Source: Rickettsiaceae bacterium (GTDB lineage Bacteria > Pseudomonadota > Alphaproteobacteria > Rickettsiales > UBA6187). Taken from it: a DNA stretch of 62,083 nucleotides. The notes under the pieces are model-generated. The model made no database searches and was not told the DNA's origin. It saw nothing but the letters and a program-made list of their open reading frames with translations. Below, piece by piece: positions 19,205 through 28,437 of the stretch. Both the position numbers and the translations under genes were made by a program. The stretch spans positions 1 through 62,083 of the forward strand of contig JAJONM010000001.1 in NCBI GenBank assembly GCA_021323415.1. Reading direction: 5' to 3'. Each line of letters starts with the position of its first letter. Within the stretch, counting starts at the first letter, position 1.

Positions 19205-19978
19205 GTGAAATACAAATCTATAGCGTGCGTAGCCGATTGTTCTGATAAAGCGCAGGAAGCTTATAAGGCACTTAGTAAGAAATACAAATTTGTGAAAGTG
19301 GAAGAAGATGCTGATGCAATCTTAGCGCTTGGAGGTGATGGATTTATGCTCCATACTCTACACAAATATATTGATAGTAAAAAGCCGATTTATGGTATGA
19401 ATTGCGGAACAATTGGCTTTTTGATGAACGAATACCGAGAAGATGATTTGTATAAGCATATAAACGAAGCGGTGGTTGCAGTGCTTCATCCTTTGCACAT
19501 GACCGCTAAAACCAGGAGCGGTAGTGAGCATTACGCACTTGCTATCAATGAAGTTTCTATGTTCCGTGAAAGTAAGCAAGCGGCTAATTTAAAGATTAGT
19601 GTTGATGGAAAAGAACGGCTAAACGATCTAATGTGCGATGGTGTACTGGTGGCAACCCCTGCTGGAAGTACCGCATATAATTTCTCAGCACAGGGGCCAA
19701 TTATTCCGCTTGGTTCTGATATACTTGCGCTTACCCCGATTAGCCCTTTCCGCCCACGCCGATGGCGTGGTGCATTATTAAACCACAAAGCTGTGGTGGA
19801 AATTGAGGTACTAAATCCTGAAAAGCGCCCAGTAAGCGCTGTAGCTGATTTTACGGAAGTCAGGGATGTAATATCAGTTCGGGTGGGTGAAGAGCGTGAA
19901 AAAGAGATAAAACTGTTGTTTGATGCCGGCCACTCGCTGGAAGAGCGTATAATACGTGAGCAATTCTTGCCTAATTAA
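19205..19978 (+). CDS. nadK: NAD kinase
   Basis: ALGGDGFML and [16 protein letters not shown] motifs. GTG start. The last codons and the stop lie inside the left inverted repeat of the following element. Confidence 0.88.
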   Translation: MKYKSIACVADCSDKAQEAYKALSKKYKFVKVEEDADAILALGGDGFMLHTLHKYIDSKKPIYGMNCGTIGFLMNEYREDDLYKHINEAVVAVLHPLHMTAKTRSGSEHYALAINEVSMFRESKQAANLKISVDGKERLNDLMCDGVLVATPAGSTAYNFSAQGPIIPLGSDILALTPISPFRPRRWRGALLNHKAVVEIEVLNPEKRPVSAVADFTEVRDVISVRVGEEREKEIKLLFDAGHSLEERIIREQFLPN

Positions 19979-20136
19979 CCTTCCGTTTTGGATAGCAAAG
20001 CGTAAAAGGAAGCATGAGAATCCTAGAATTCCTGGTTCACACCGCACGATCACACATTTATGCGTGGTTAGATGGACAAGATCCGCATAAAAAGTTGTAG
20101 GGCGCTTTTTTATTTATCCAAAACGGGAGGTTAATT
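19973..20136. mobile_element. 164-bp MITE-like element with 22-bp terminal inverted repeats
   Basis: aattaaccttccgttttggata (19973-19994) pairs with tatccaaaacgggaggttaatt (20115-20136) with 1 mismatch. There is no internal ORF. The left arm supplies the nadK stop codon. Confidence 0.7.
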
Positions 20137-20145
20137 AACAAAAGA

Positions 20146-20631
20146 CTAATACTTTATTACCACTGTACCTGCTATTTTATCGTGGAATCCTTGCTTTTTC
20201 TTGTCATAATATATCCAGATAAAGCCAAAGCATAGGGGTAATGTAGAAATAAAATAGCCTAAGTAACGGATAATGAGTTGTTTCTTTGTTGGGGTGCCTA
20301 AAGTTTGGGCATCTACGATTTTCATTTTTAACAGCATTTTACCTGGCGTGGCGCTACGGTAGAACCAGAAAATTATTACAATAATGGCCATTATTAATAA
20401 CTGAAGCAGGAAGGATGGCAAAGTAGTTGCTAAAGCAATTAAGGCTTCCCCGGGTGTAATTTTTGCGACGATAGTAGCATCAGTTAGAGTGTCACTCGGG
20501 CTTTCAATTCTAAATAGTGTACTAAGTATCGTAAAAATGGGGGCTAATAGGATTGAGCTGAGGATAGTATCTATTACGCTTGCTAGCATTCTGGCGGTGA
20601 AACTGGCGTATTTTGGCGTGATCTGGGTCAT
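20146..20631 (-). CDS. RDD-family membrane protein
   Basis: FTARMLASVIDTIL at the N-terminus and GFHDKIAGTVVIK at the C-terminus. The start was set to the ATG at 20631. The MHLHLHLH extension is translation of the GTGCAA repeat. Confidence 0.7.
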   Translation of the reverse strand: MTQITPKYASFTARMLASVIDTILSSILLAPIFTILSTLFRIESPSDTLTDATIVAKITPGEALIALATTLPSFLLQLLIMAIIVIIFWFYRSATPGKMLLKMKIVDAQTLGTPTKKQLIIRYLGYFISTLPLCFGFIWIYYDKKKQGFHDKIAGTVVIKY

Positions 20632-20642
20632 TGGGAAATAAT

Positions 20643-20734
20643 AGTGCAAGTGCAAGTGCAAGTGCAAGCATTAAGTGAAATACTGGATTTTAAGATGCAA
20701 AAGATTTACTTGTACTTGTACTAACACTTGCACT
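20643..20734. repeat. (AGTGCA)n hexamer array with an inverted partner, copy 1
   Basis: agtgcaagtgcaagtgcaagtgcaag (20643-20668) and cttgtacttgtactaacacttgcact (20709-20734) lie in a divergent promoter region. Confidence 0.7.
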
Positions 20735-20808
20735 ACTTTTTTATAGTTATAGGGGCATTTTTATGATATACTAACGGTATAAGTATATTACAGTTACAAG
20801 GTATGTAA

Positions 20809-22305
20809 GTGGAAGTTAAAACCAGAAAAAGGCTATCCTACGAAGAAACTCAGCGTGGATTGAAAAGAGTAATAATAGAAGGAATGGCAAGCCAGACAAT
20901 GGAAGCCCTGACTAAGGGGGTGTTTATTGTTGGTTTTGCTATACAGCTTGGTGCATCGAATTTTGTTGTTGGCTTGCTCGGGGCGATACCATTTTTATCC
21001 AATTTATTTCAGATTCTTGCTGTGCATATGGTTGAAAAATACCGTAACCGCAGAAGAATAGTAGCGATATCGTGTTTTATAGGTCGTAGCTTTTTGCTGG
21101 TGGTAGCAGTTGCACCATTTGTGGAAGATAAGCGTATTGCGATATTTATCCTAACTATGTCGGTGGCAATTCGTTATAGTGTTGGGGCGCTAGCAGGCTG
21201 TGCGTGGAATTCTTGGATGCGAGACCTGGTGCCGAAAGTAATACTGGGTAAGTTTTATAGCCGCCGTTTATTTTTTACTACCACCATATCGGCGTTTGTT
21301 GGTATTTCGGCAGGGATATTTCTTGATTGGTGGAGCCATATGGATGTTGATCACCCGGTATATGCATATTCTGTTTTGTATTTCTGTGGGTTTATAGCGG
21401 GGATGGTTAGCTCCACTATCATATTATCAATTCCGCATCCTAAAATGCAGGATCCAGAAGTGCAAATCTATCATAAAAAATTTACCTTACGTTATTTGAA
21501 GGAGCCTTTAGAAAATCCAAATTTCCGTAAATTAATGGGTTTTCTAATGTCATGGAATTTTGCTATCAACCTGGCTGCGCCATTTTTTACAGTGTATATG
21601 ATTAGGGTTCTACACTATGACATGTTGTTTGTAGTGGGATTGACACTTATGGGGCAATTGATTAATGCCTTTACACTTAATGCCTGGGGTAAGTATTCTG
21701 ATAAATACAGCAATAAAACTGTTCTTGGGGTTTGTGGAACATTATTTGTGACTTGTATATTAGGTTGGACCCTGACCAGTATTCCGTCAAATCATGATTA
21801 TGTAACTGTTATTTTAATTTGCCTCCATATAGTTATGGGTGTGGCGATGTCAGGGGTTAACCTTACTACTGCAAATATTGCAATGAAGTTAACACCGAGC
21901 AAAAAAGCAACGTCTTTCCTCGCACTTAATACTATTTTATCCTCATTTGCAGCAGGGACTGCGCCATTATTTGGTGGATTTTTAGCTGATTATTTTGAAG
22001 ATAAAATCTTATCTATGGATTTCCAGTGGCATGGTACGGCAGGAGAGCTGATTTTAAATACGCTGGTGCTTAGCCATTGGGACTTTTTCTTTATACTTGC
22101 ATTCCTGCTTGGCCTTTACTCATTGAGGAGACTTTCTTTGATTGAAGAAGACGGTTCTGTACATGAAAAAGTTGTAATACGTGAAATTATGATTGATACC
22201 GGACGTGTTTTGCGTACGCTTTCTACCATTGATGGCCTGCGTGAGCTAACTATGGCTCCGATGGCCATGATGATCAATATGATCAAGAAGGATATCAAGA
22301 AGTAG
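20809..22305 (+). CDS. Multi-pass membrane transporter, MFS-like
   Basis: 498 aa with about 12 hydrophobic segments in two halves. GTG start. No substrate inference is possible. Confidence 0.6.
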   Translation: MEVKTRKRLSYEETQRGLKRVIIEGMASQTMEALTKGVFIVGFAIQLGASNFVVGLLGAIPFLSNLFQILAVHMVEKYRNRRRIVAISCFIGRSFLLVVAVAPFVEDKRIAIFILTMSVAIRYSVGALAGCAWNSWMRDLVPKVILGKFYSRRLFFTTTISAFVGISAGIFLDWWSHMDVDHPVYAYSVLYFCGFIAGMVSSTIILSIPHPKMQDPEVQIYHKKFTLRYLKEPLENPNFRKLMGFLMSWNFAINLAAPFFTVYMIRVLHYDMLFVVGLTLMGQLINAFTLNAWGKYSDKYSNKTVLGVCGTLFVTCILGWTLTSIPSNHDYVTVILICLHIVMGVAMSGVNLTTANIAMKLTPSKKATSFLALNTILSSFAAGTAPLFGGFLADYFEDKILSMDFQWHGTAGELILNTLVLSHWDFFFILAFLLGLYSLRRLSLIEEDGSVHEKVVIREIMIDTGRVLRTLSTIDGLRELTMAPMAMMINMIKKDIKK

Positions 22306-22362
22306 GAACTAAGAACTAAGAACCTAAGAACTAGGATTTATAGTTCTTAAGTTCCTAATTCT
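22305..22362. terminator. Hairpin built from CTAAGAAC words between convergent genes
   Basis: ggaactaagaactaagaacctaagaactagg-attta-tagttcttaagttcctaattc. Confidence 0.55.
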
Positions 22363-22665
22363 TTATTTCTTAGCAGGAGTTGCTGGTTTTGCGGGCGCAA
22401 TTTTTTGTGTGGCAGAAGGAGTGGTTACTTGCGCGTCTGAATCAGAATCGCCGATTTTTCCCATACCTTCATTTTCAAAGAAGCCTTTTTCCTTCATGCA
22501 GGTTGAGAAAGCTTCTTCATAAGCATCACCAGCACTATCTGCCTTTTCGGAGCATGAAGAATAGGCTTTGTCATAAGCTGCATTCGGTTCGCCATCCTCA
22601 GCGTATGCATTGGCAGATAATATAGTTAAGCCTAGTAAAGCTGAGTTTATTAGCAGTTTTTTCAT
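22363..22665 (-). CDS. Small secreted protein (100 aa)
   Basis: The ATG at 22665 has GGAG 9 nt upstream. Signal peptide MKKLLINSALLGLTILSANAYA, two Cys residues, and a PAKPATPAKK tail. Confidence 0.6.
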   Translation of the reverse strand: MKKLLINSALLGLTILSANAYAEDGEPNAAYDKAYSSCSEKADSAGDAYEEAFSTCMKEKGFFENEGMGKIGDSDSDAQVTTPSATQKIAPAKPATPAKK

Positions 22666-22767
22666 ATTAGTTGACTCCAAAATTATACATTAAAATTGAT
22701 TGGTCGACATTTGATAACTAACTCTGAATTAAATATTTGGCAAGAAAATTTGGTTCCGAGTAAAATT

Positions 22768-23859
22768 TTAACGACGTGGTTTCTTTGCTTCCTTTTCATC
22801 ACCTGCTTCTTTAATCTCGCTCTCTTTTAATTCTTCTGTAAATTTGCGTTTAAGAGTTCTTTTTGGTGTTTGTGTTCTTTCTTGCCAGGTATTATCTAGT
22901 TGGTGTTTAGGACTGATATGATTTGTGAAAGGTTGTTTTTCAGGCGAAGTGATATTTTTTAATATTGCATCTATTGCAGCTGAATGTCCTTTTTCGGTTG
23001 CTATATCCAGTGCAGTCTTACCATCACGATTCTTTAAATTAACTTTTGCACCATTAGCTATTAAACGTTCCATTATTGCTGCATAACCTTTTTCAGCTGC
23101 AAGATGTAGTGCAGTATTATCATATTTATCTTTTGCATTTGGGCGTGAATTTTTATCAAGTAATAGCATCACTTCTTTTGTAAGTCCGTTTTTTGCTGCG
23201 ATATGAAGGGGCCTTTGCAGATCCTTATTTTCTTCATTAACGCTTACGGCATTATCAAGTAATAGCCTTACTGCGGGTTTTTGTTGCTGCTGTAGCGCAA
23301 GATGTAAGCAGGTATTTCCGTCAGCATCTTTTTCATTCATATTTGCTTTGATTAATAAAGGCCTCATTACTTCTCTATGACCTTTTTGTGTGGCAATATG
23401 TAGTGGTGTTTGGCTATTTGCATTTTTAGCATTAAAATTTGCATCTTCTTCAAGAAGGAGGTTTGTTAATTCCAGATCATCATGTAATGCTGCGTAATGA
23501 AGTGAGGTGTCTTTGTTTGTGTTTTCTGCGTTAACGAATGCATTTTGCTTAATAAGCAATTTTGCGGCCTCTGTCTTTTTATGTATTACAGCAAGATGTA
23601 AGGGAGAATTACCTTGTATATCCCTTGAATTAACATTTGCGTGCTTTTTTATTAGCTTTTTTATTGTATCAGTATGGCCATTTAATGCTGCATAATGCAG
23701 TAACGTGTAACCGTTGGATGCTACCCAGTTAAAATCTGCTCCTTGCTTTCCAAGAGATTTGAATAGTTTCATATCTCCTTTTTCGACGGCTTGCACTAGT
23801 TGTTCATTTAATTGTTTTTGTTGTTGTATAGATATAGTAGTGTTACGACTTTTGCTCAT
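22768..23859 (-). CDS. Ankyrin-repeat protein (about 9 repeats) with a basic C-terminal tail
   Basis: G.T.LH.A...GH......LL..GA..N units repeat throughout. The tail is TPKRTLKRKF...KEAKKPRR. Confidence 0.88.
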   Translation of the reverse strand: MSKSRNTTISIQQQKQLNEQLVQAVEKGDMKLFKSLGKQGADFNWVASNGYTLLHYAALNGHTDTIKKLIKKHANVNSRDIQGNSPLHLAVIHKKTEAAKLLIKQNAFVNAENTNKDTSLHYAALHDDLELTNLLLEEDANFNAKNANSQTPLHIATQKGHREVMRPLLIKANMNEKDADGNTCLHLALQQQQKPAVRLLLDNAVSVNEENKDLQRPLHIAAKNGLTKEVMLLLDKNSRPNAKDKYDNTALHLAAEKGYAAIMERLIANGAKVNLKNRDGKTALDIATEKGHSAAIDAILKNITSPEKQPFTNHISPKHQLDNTWQERTQTPKRTLKRKFTEELKESEIKEAGDEKEAKKPRR

Positions 23860-24013
23860 TGATGGGCTCTTTGTAATTATTAATAAATTAACTATTCAGG
23901 TTGGTTTTGCATTAATATCTAATTATTGTCAATAAGGCAGAATCTTTTTAACCATTGACAAAATTTGCATTTATAATAAAACCTCACAAATAATTAAGAA
24001 GTAGGTATATAAA

Positions 24014-24751
24014 ATGTTTGATCTTACTGGCAAAACTGCATTGGTGACTGGTGCGTCTGGGGGAATTGGTGAGGCAATTGCTGAGTCCCTACATAAGCAA
24101 GGTGCAACTGTTGTTTTATCTGGCCGTAGGGAAGATGCACTAAAGCAGGTGGCGTCTAAACTGGGTAGCAGAAGTTTTACTCTGGTTTCGGATTTGTCTG
24201 ACAAAGAACAGCTTGATGGCTTGTTTGATAAAGCAGAAGAATTGGCCGGACAGATTGATATTTTAGTATGTAATGCAGGTGTCACTAAAGACAACTTAGT
24301 CCTGCGTATGAAAGTTGAAGAGTGGGATGAAGTAATCAATACTAATTTAAAATCAGCATTTATTCTTAATAAAGCTGCGTTTAAAAAAATGATGAAGCGC
24401 AAATGGGGTAGGATTATTAATATTGCTTCTGTGGTTGGTGTAACTGGTAACCCGGGACAGGCTAATTATGTAGCGTCTAAAGCTGGTATGATTGGTATGA
24501 GCAAGGCGATTGCATCGGAGTCAGCGACACGTGGTATAACAGTAAATTGCATAGCGCCTGGGTTTATAAAAACAGCTATGACCGATGCACTAAATGATGC
24601 GCAGAAAGAGAAAATTACCAGTACAATTCCTACTGGAACATTTGGTTTGCCAGCTGATATTGCGGCGGCTACAGCTTTTTTAGCTAGTAGTGAAGCAGGT
24701 TATATTACCGGGCAAACCATTCATGTAAATGGTGGAATGGTAATGATTTAG
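24014..24751 (+). CDS. fabG: 3-oxoacyl-ACP reductase
   Basis: TGASGGIG, NAG and the YVASKAG catalytic motif. It sits upstream of acpP-fabF. Confidence 0.92.
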   Translation: MFDLTGKTALVTGASGGIGEAIAESLHKQGATVVLSGRREDALKQVASKLGSRSFTLVSDLSDKEQLDGLFDKAEELAGQIDILVCNAGVTKDNLVLRMKVEEWDEVINTNLKSAFILNKAAFKKMMKRKWGRIINIASVVGVTGNPGQANYVASKAGMIGMSKAIASESATRGITVNCIAPGFIKTAMTDALNDAQKEKITSTIPTGTFGLPADIAAATAFLASSEAGYITGQTIHVNGGMVMI

Positions 24752-24893
24752 CCGAAGCAGGCTTTTGTAAAAAATGTAGCATTTTTGTGTTTTTGAGGCT
24801 GAATTGTGTAGAGGTAAGCCGTCGTTTGTGGCTGAATAACCTAGGTTTCCCTTGCTTTATACACAATTTTGCTGCATTGGCGAACTAAAAAAG

Positions 24894-24921
24894 TTGACTC
24901 ATAAAAAATTACAAATATTAT
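24894..24921 (+). promoter_or_regulatory. Candidate sigma-70 promoter of acpP
   Basis: TTGACT (24894-24899), a 16-bp spacer, then TATTAT (24916-24921). Confidence 0.4.
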
Positions 24922-24973
24922 GTGGTCGAGTTTCGTACTTAATTTGTTTTTAATTTAATTTGGAAAGTGAACT

Positions 24974-25216
24974 ATGAGTGACATCGAAAGCAAAGTAAAA
25001 AAGATCGTTGCAGAACATTTAGATGTAGAAGAAAGCAAAATCTCTGCAAATGCTAGCTTTATTGATGACCTTGGCGCAGATAGCTTAGACCAGGTTGAGC
25101 TTGTTATGGCTTTTGAGGAAGAATTCGGTTGTGAGATTCCAGATGAGGAAGCTGAAAAAATCGTTACCTTGGAAGACGCAGTTAAGTTCATTAAGTCAGT
25201 TCAAGCTGCTGCTTAA
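24974..25216 (+). CDS. acpP: Acyl carrier protein
   Basis: [20 protein letters not shown] includes the phosphopantetheine-attachment Ser. Confidence 0.95.
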   Translation: MSDIESKVKKIVAEHLDVEESKISANASFIDDLGADSLDQVELVMAFEEEFGCEIPDEEAEKIVTLEDAVKFIKSVQAAA

Positions 25217-25247
25217 TACCTTAATTTAAAAAAATCTATTATATATT

Positions 25248-26510
25248 ATGAGACGTGTAGTTGTAACTGGAATGGGCTTAGTTACTCCCCTTGCTTCTGG
25301 GGTGGAGCCTACTTGGAACAGATTGCTGAAAGGTGAGTCAGGTATACGTCTCATTGATAGGTTTGATGTATCTGATTTGCCGGCAAAAATTGGTGGACAG
25401 GTTCCTTTATTCGATGAAAACACTCCGCATGGTTTTAATGCGGATGATGCTTTCCCTAAAAAAGATCAGCGTAAAGTTGATGCTTTCATACTTTACGGTA
25501 TGGCTGCTGCCATACAGGCGGTGGAAGATTCTGGCTGGATGCCTACTGACGAAGAGGATTTAGTAAGAACTGGTGTTGCAATTGGTTCTGGAATTGGTGG
25601 TTTGCCATCAATTGAAGAGTCTTCGATTTTAGTGCATGAGGCTGGACCTCGTAAACTTAGCCCGTTTTTTATTCCAGGTAGTTTAATAAATCTTATCTCT
25701 GGCCATGTTTCAATGAAATATGGTTTCCAGGGGCCAAACCATGCAGTGGTAACTGCCTGCGCTACTGGCGCACATGCCATTGGTGATGCTTCACGCTTTA
25801 TCCAATTTGGTGATGCTGATGTAATGATTGCAGGTGGGGCTGAATCAGCTTTATGCCGTATTGGTATGGCAGGTTTTTCTGCTGCCCGTGCGTTATCTAC
25901 CGCTTATAATGAAACACCTGAAAAAGCATCCCGCCCTTGGGATAAAAACCGTGATGGTTTCGTGATGGGTGAGGGGGCTGGTATTGTAGTCCTTGAAGAA
26001 TATGAGCATGCAAAAAAACGCGGCGCTAAAATATATGCAGAAATAGTTGGCTATGGGCTTTCTGGCGATGCTTTCCACATAACTTCACCTGAGCCTACGG
26101 GCCGCGGTGGTTACCGTGCAATGCAGATGGCATTAAAACACGCAGGCTTAAATGTTGATCAGATTGATTATATTAACGCTCACGGTACTTCTACCCCTAT
26201 GGGTGATTTGATTGAACTGGGTGCAGTGAAGCGCCTGTTCGGTGATGCGGCTTATAAACTATCAATGTCATCTACCAAATCTTCAATGGGCCACGCCCTG
26301 GGTGCGGCCGGTGGAATTGAAGCGATATTCTCTATACTTGCAATGCGTGATAATATTGCTCCGCCAACGCTAAATCTTGAAACTCCTGATGAGGGATGTG
26401 ATATTGATTTAGTACCGTTTAAGGCTAAAGAAAGGAAAATTGATGTAGCTATGTCAAATTCCTTTGGCTTTGGTGGAACGAATGCTTCGGTGTTGTTTAA
26501 GAAAGTTTAG
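25248..26510 (+). CDS. fabF: 3-oxoacyl-ACP synthase II
   Basis: The active-site ACATGAH, HGTSTP and GHALGAAG motifs. 420 aa. Confidence 0.93.
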   Translation: MRRVVVTGMGLVTPLASGVEPTWNRLLKGESGIRLIDRFDVSDLPAKIGGQVPLFDENTPHGFNADDAFPKKDQRKVDAFILYGMAAAIQAVEDSGWMPTDEEDLVRTGVAIGSGIGGLPSIEESSILVHEAGPRKLSPFFIPGSLINLISGHVSMKYGFQGPNHAVVTACATGAHAIGDASRFIQFGDADVMIAGGAESALCRIGMAGFSAARALSTAYNETPEKASRPWDKNRDGFVMGEGAGIVVLEEYEHAKKRGAKIYAEIVGYGLSGDAFHITSPEPTGRGGYRAMQMALKHAGLNVDQIDYINAHGTSTPMGDLIELGAVKRLFGDAAYKLSMSSTKSSMGHALGAAGGIEAIFSILAMRDNIAPPTLNLETPDEGCDIDLVPFKAKERKIDVAMSNSFGFGGTNASVLFKKV

Positions 26511-26619
26511 TCTTCATTTCGTACTATAATTAAGTAACTTTACGGATACGAACTTGATAGGTATATTAAGTCTGTAAGGTTTTAGTAAGTAACTATCATT
26601 TAATTAAGCGGTATTTGTT

Positions 26620-27639
26620 GTGAGTAAAATTCAATTGCGCCAAATCCTGCTAAAACTCACCGGAAGGTTTATTTTTCTCATTAATTTTTGTTTGTTTATT
26701 GCGATACTTAGTACTGCCCTTGCTATATTTCTCCTCGTTGATTATTTTAAAAACGCCGGCCCTTTAACCGCACCCGTGAATGTTATTATTGCTGAAGGGA
26801 CGCCACTTCGTGATATTTCTAAGCAATTGGCACAAAGTGGGGTTATAACTCATCCTGACCTTTTTACTTTCATAATGCGTGGTTCTGAGTCCGAAAAAAA
26901 TATGAAGGCTGGAGAATATGCTTTTGTGCCTGGTATCTCTCCGTTCCAGGTTTATCATAAGATAGTTTCGGGTGATGTAGTAGTTCATCGAGTTACTATA
27001 CCTGAAGGGTTAATGACTTCGCAAATAATAGATATGGTGGCAAGAATTCCAGTACTAACTGGGGAGATGCCAGCTATAAAAGAAGGTCAGTTATTGCCGG
27101 AGACGTATGATTATCTTTACGGTGAAACAAAAGAAAAATTAATAAGGCGCATGAGTGAAGCAATGAATAATGCGCTTCGTGAAGCATGGGAGAAACGTGC
27201 GGCGGATTTGCCATATAATACGCCGGAAGAAGCGTTGGTAATGGCATCAATCATAGAAAAAGAAACTGGAATTGAATCAGAGCGCAAAAGAATTGCAGCT
27301 GTGTTTGTAAATCGCTTGCGTAAAAAAATGCGCCTGCAGACAGACCCTAGTGTTATTTATGCAGTAACTGAAGGAAAATATGTGCTGGGTAGACCATTAC
27401 TTCTTACTGATTTGCAGATGGATTCACCATATAACACCTATAAGATTGAGGGTTTGCCGCCTACGCCAATTGCCAATCCTGGTAAGGCTTCGATTGAAGC
27501 TGCGCTTAATCCACTGCAAACTGATGAATTATATTTTGTAGCTGATGGAACTGGTGGACATAAATTCGCATCTACACTAAAAGAGCATAATAAAAACGTC
27601 CAGGAATGGCGTAAAATTAATGGGGCGAAGAAAGAATGA
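26620..27639 (+). CDS. mltG: Endolytic murein transglycosylase MltG (YceG family)
   Basis: N-terminal TM segment, plus YceG-like blocks (ASIIEKETG, VFVNRL, LQTDPSVIY, YNTY...GLPPTPIANPG). GTG start. Confidence 0.85.
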   Translation: MSKIQLRQILLKLTGRFIFLINFCLFIAILSTALAIFLLVDYFKNAGPLTAPVNVIIAEGTPLRDISKQLAQSGVITHPDLFTFIMRGSESEKNMKAGEYAFVPGISPFQVYHKIVSGDVVVHRVTIPEGLMTSQIIDMVARIPVLTGEMPAIKEGQLLPETYDYLYGETKEKLIRRMSEAMNNALREAWEKRAADLPYNTPEEALVMASIIEKETGIESERKRIAAVFVNRLRKKMRLQTDPSVIYAVTEGKYVLGRPLLLTDLQMDSPYNTYKIEGLPPTPIANPGKASIEAALNPLQTDELYFVADGTGGHKFASTLKEHNKNVQEWRKINGAKKE

Positions 27640-28220
27640 TTGATGCTTTGTTAATCGTGGTAATGATAGTTGTGTCTTATCTACTGGGTTCAATACCGTT
27701 TGGCTTGATACTTACCAAATATGCAGGGCTTGGTGATATACGCAATATTGGTTCTGGTAATATTGGTGCTACCAATGTGCTACGTACTGGTAATAAAAAG
27801 CTGGCTCTAGCAACGCTTCTTTGTGATGCCGCAAAGGGAATGATTGCGGTTGGCGTTGCACATGCTATCGGAGGGTATTGGATAGTTGTATTTTCTGCTA
27901 TTGCTGCCGTAGTGGGGCACGTATTCCCGGTGTGGCTGCAATATAAAGGTGGCAAAGGTGTTGCAACTGCGCTGGCTGTGTATTGGGTGGCGTATTGGCC
28001 GCTTGGGTTGTTTGCCTGCCTTGCTTGGGCTGCAATGTTTTATCTTTCCCGTATATCATCGCTTTCGGCGCTTGCAGCTATGGCTTTATCACCTGTGATT
28101 GCGCTATTCTTCGGTGGATTTGGTATGTTCCTGATGTCCCTGGTTATTGGTGGGATAGTTATTTACCGGCATAAGGAGAATATTGATAGGCTAATGCGGG
28201 GGCAGGAGCCTACAGTGTAG
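27636..28220 (+). CDS. plsY: Glycerol-3-phosphate acyltransferase PlsY
   Basis: GSGNIGATNVLRTG and HVFPVWLQYKGGKGVAT. There is a 4-nt overlap with mltG. Confidence 0.9.
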   Translation: MIDALLIVVMIVVSYLLGSIPFGLILTKYAGLGDIRNIGSGNIGATNVLRTGNKKLALATLLCDAAKGMIAVGVAHAIGGYWIVVFSAIAAVVGHVFPVWLQYKGGKGVATALAVYWVAYWPLGLFACLAWAAMFYLSRISSLSALAAMALSPVIALFFGGFGMFLMSLVIGGIVIYRHKENIDRLMRGQEPTV

Positions 28221-28327
28221 TGTTTCCTAAATTCATTTCTACGTTGTCGTTAAAATTCACGTATGTTGACTACGCTAAAATTTTAAAAAGATAAAAACTC
28301 CTAGTATTAATTGAATTTATAAAACAC
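28220..28327. repeat. 108-bp palindromic element, family A-like copy 3
   Basis: The inverted repeats gtgtttcctaaattca (28220-28235) and tgaatttataaaacac (28312-28327) match at 14 of 16 positions. The core is ttcacgtatgttgactacgct. The left arm overlaps the last base of the plsY stop. Confidence 0.6.
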
Positions 28328-28437
28328 TTGAGAGTACTGAGCCGAAAGGAAAAATGTAGCATTTCTGCCATATAATAAGAATTTACATTGCGTCATGTTA
28401 ATGATACAATAGTGATTGTTATTTATTTGGTAATGCT

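Noticed and set aside
20632-20667. MHLHLHLHYYFP extension of the RDD-family gene
   Set aside because: It is simply the (GTGCAA)n array read in frame. The ATG at 20631 gives a normal N-terminus.
20643-20734. Possibility that the GTGCAA, AAGAACT or other short tandem repeats are a CRISPR array
   Set aside because: The repeat unit is only 6-8 nt. There are no 25-40-nt unique spacers, no regular 55-75-nt periodicity, and no cas genes in the window.
24770-24784. 15-mer aaaaatgtagcattt shared between the fabG-acpP spacer (24770) and the plsY-protease spacer (28350), both preceded by gccgaa
   Set aside because: I estimate that about one to a few identical AT-rich 15-mers arise by chance in 62 kb on two strands. 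There is no supporting structure or consistent distance to a gene start. It would be worth a genome-wide count only.
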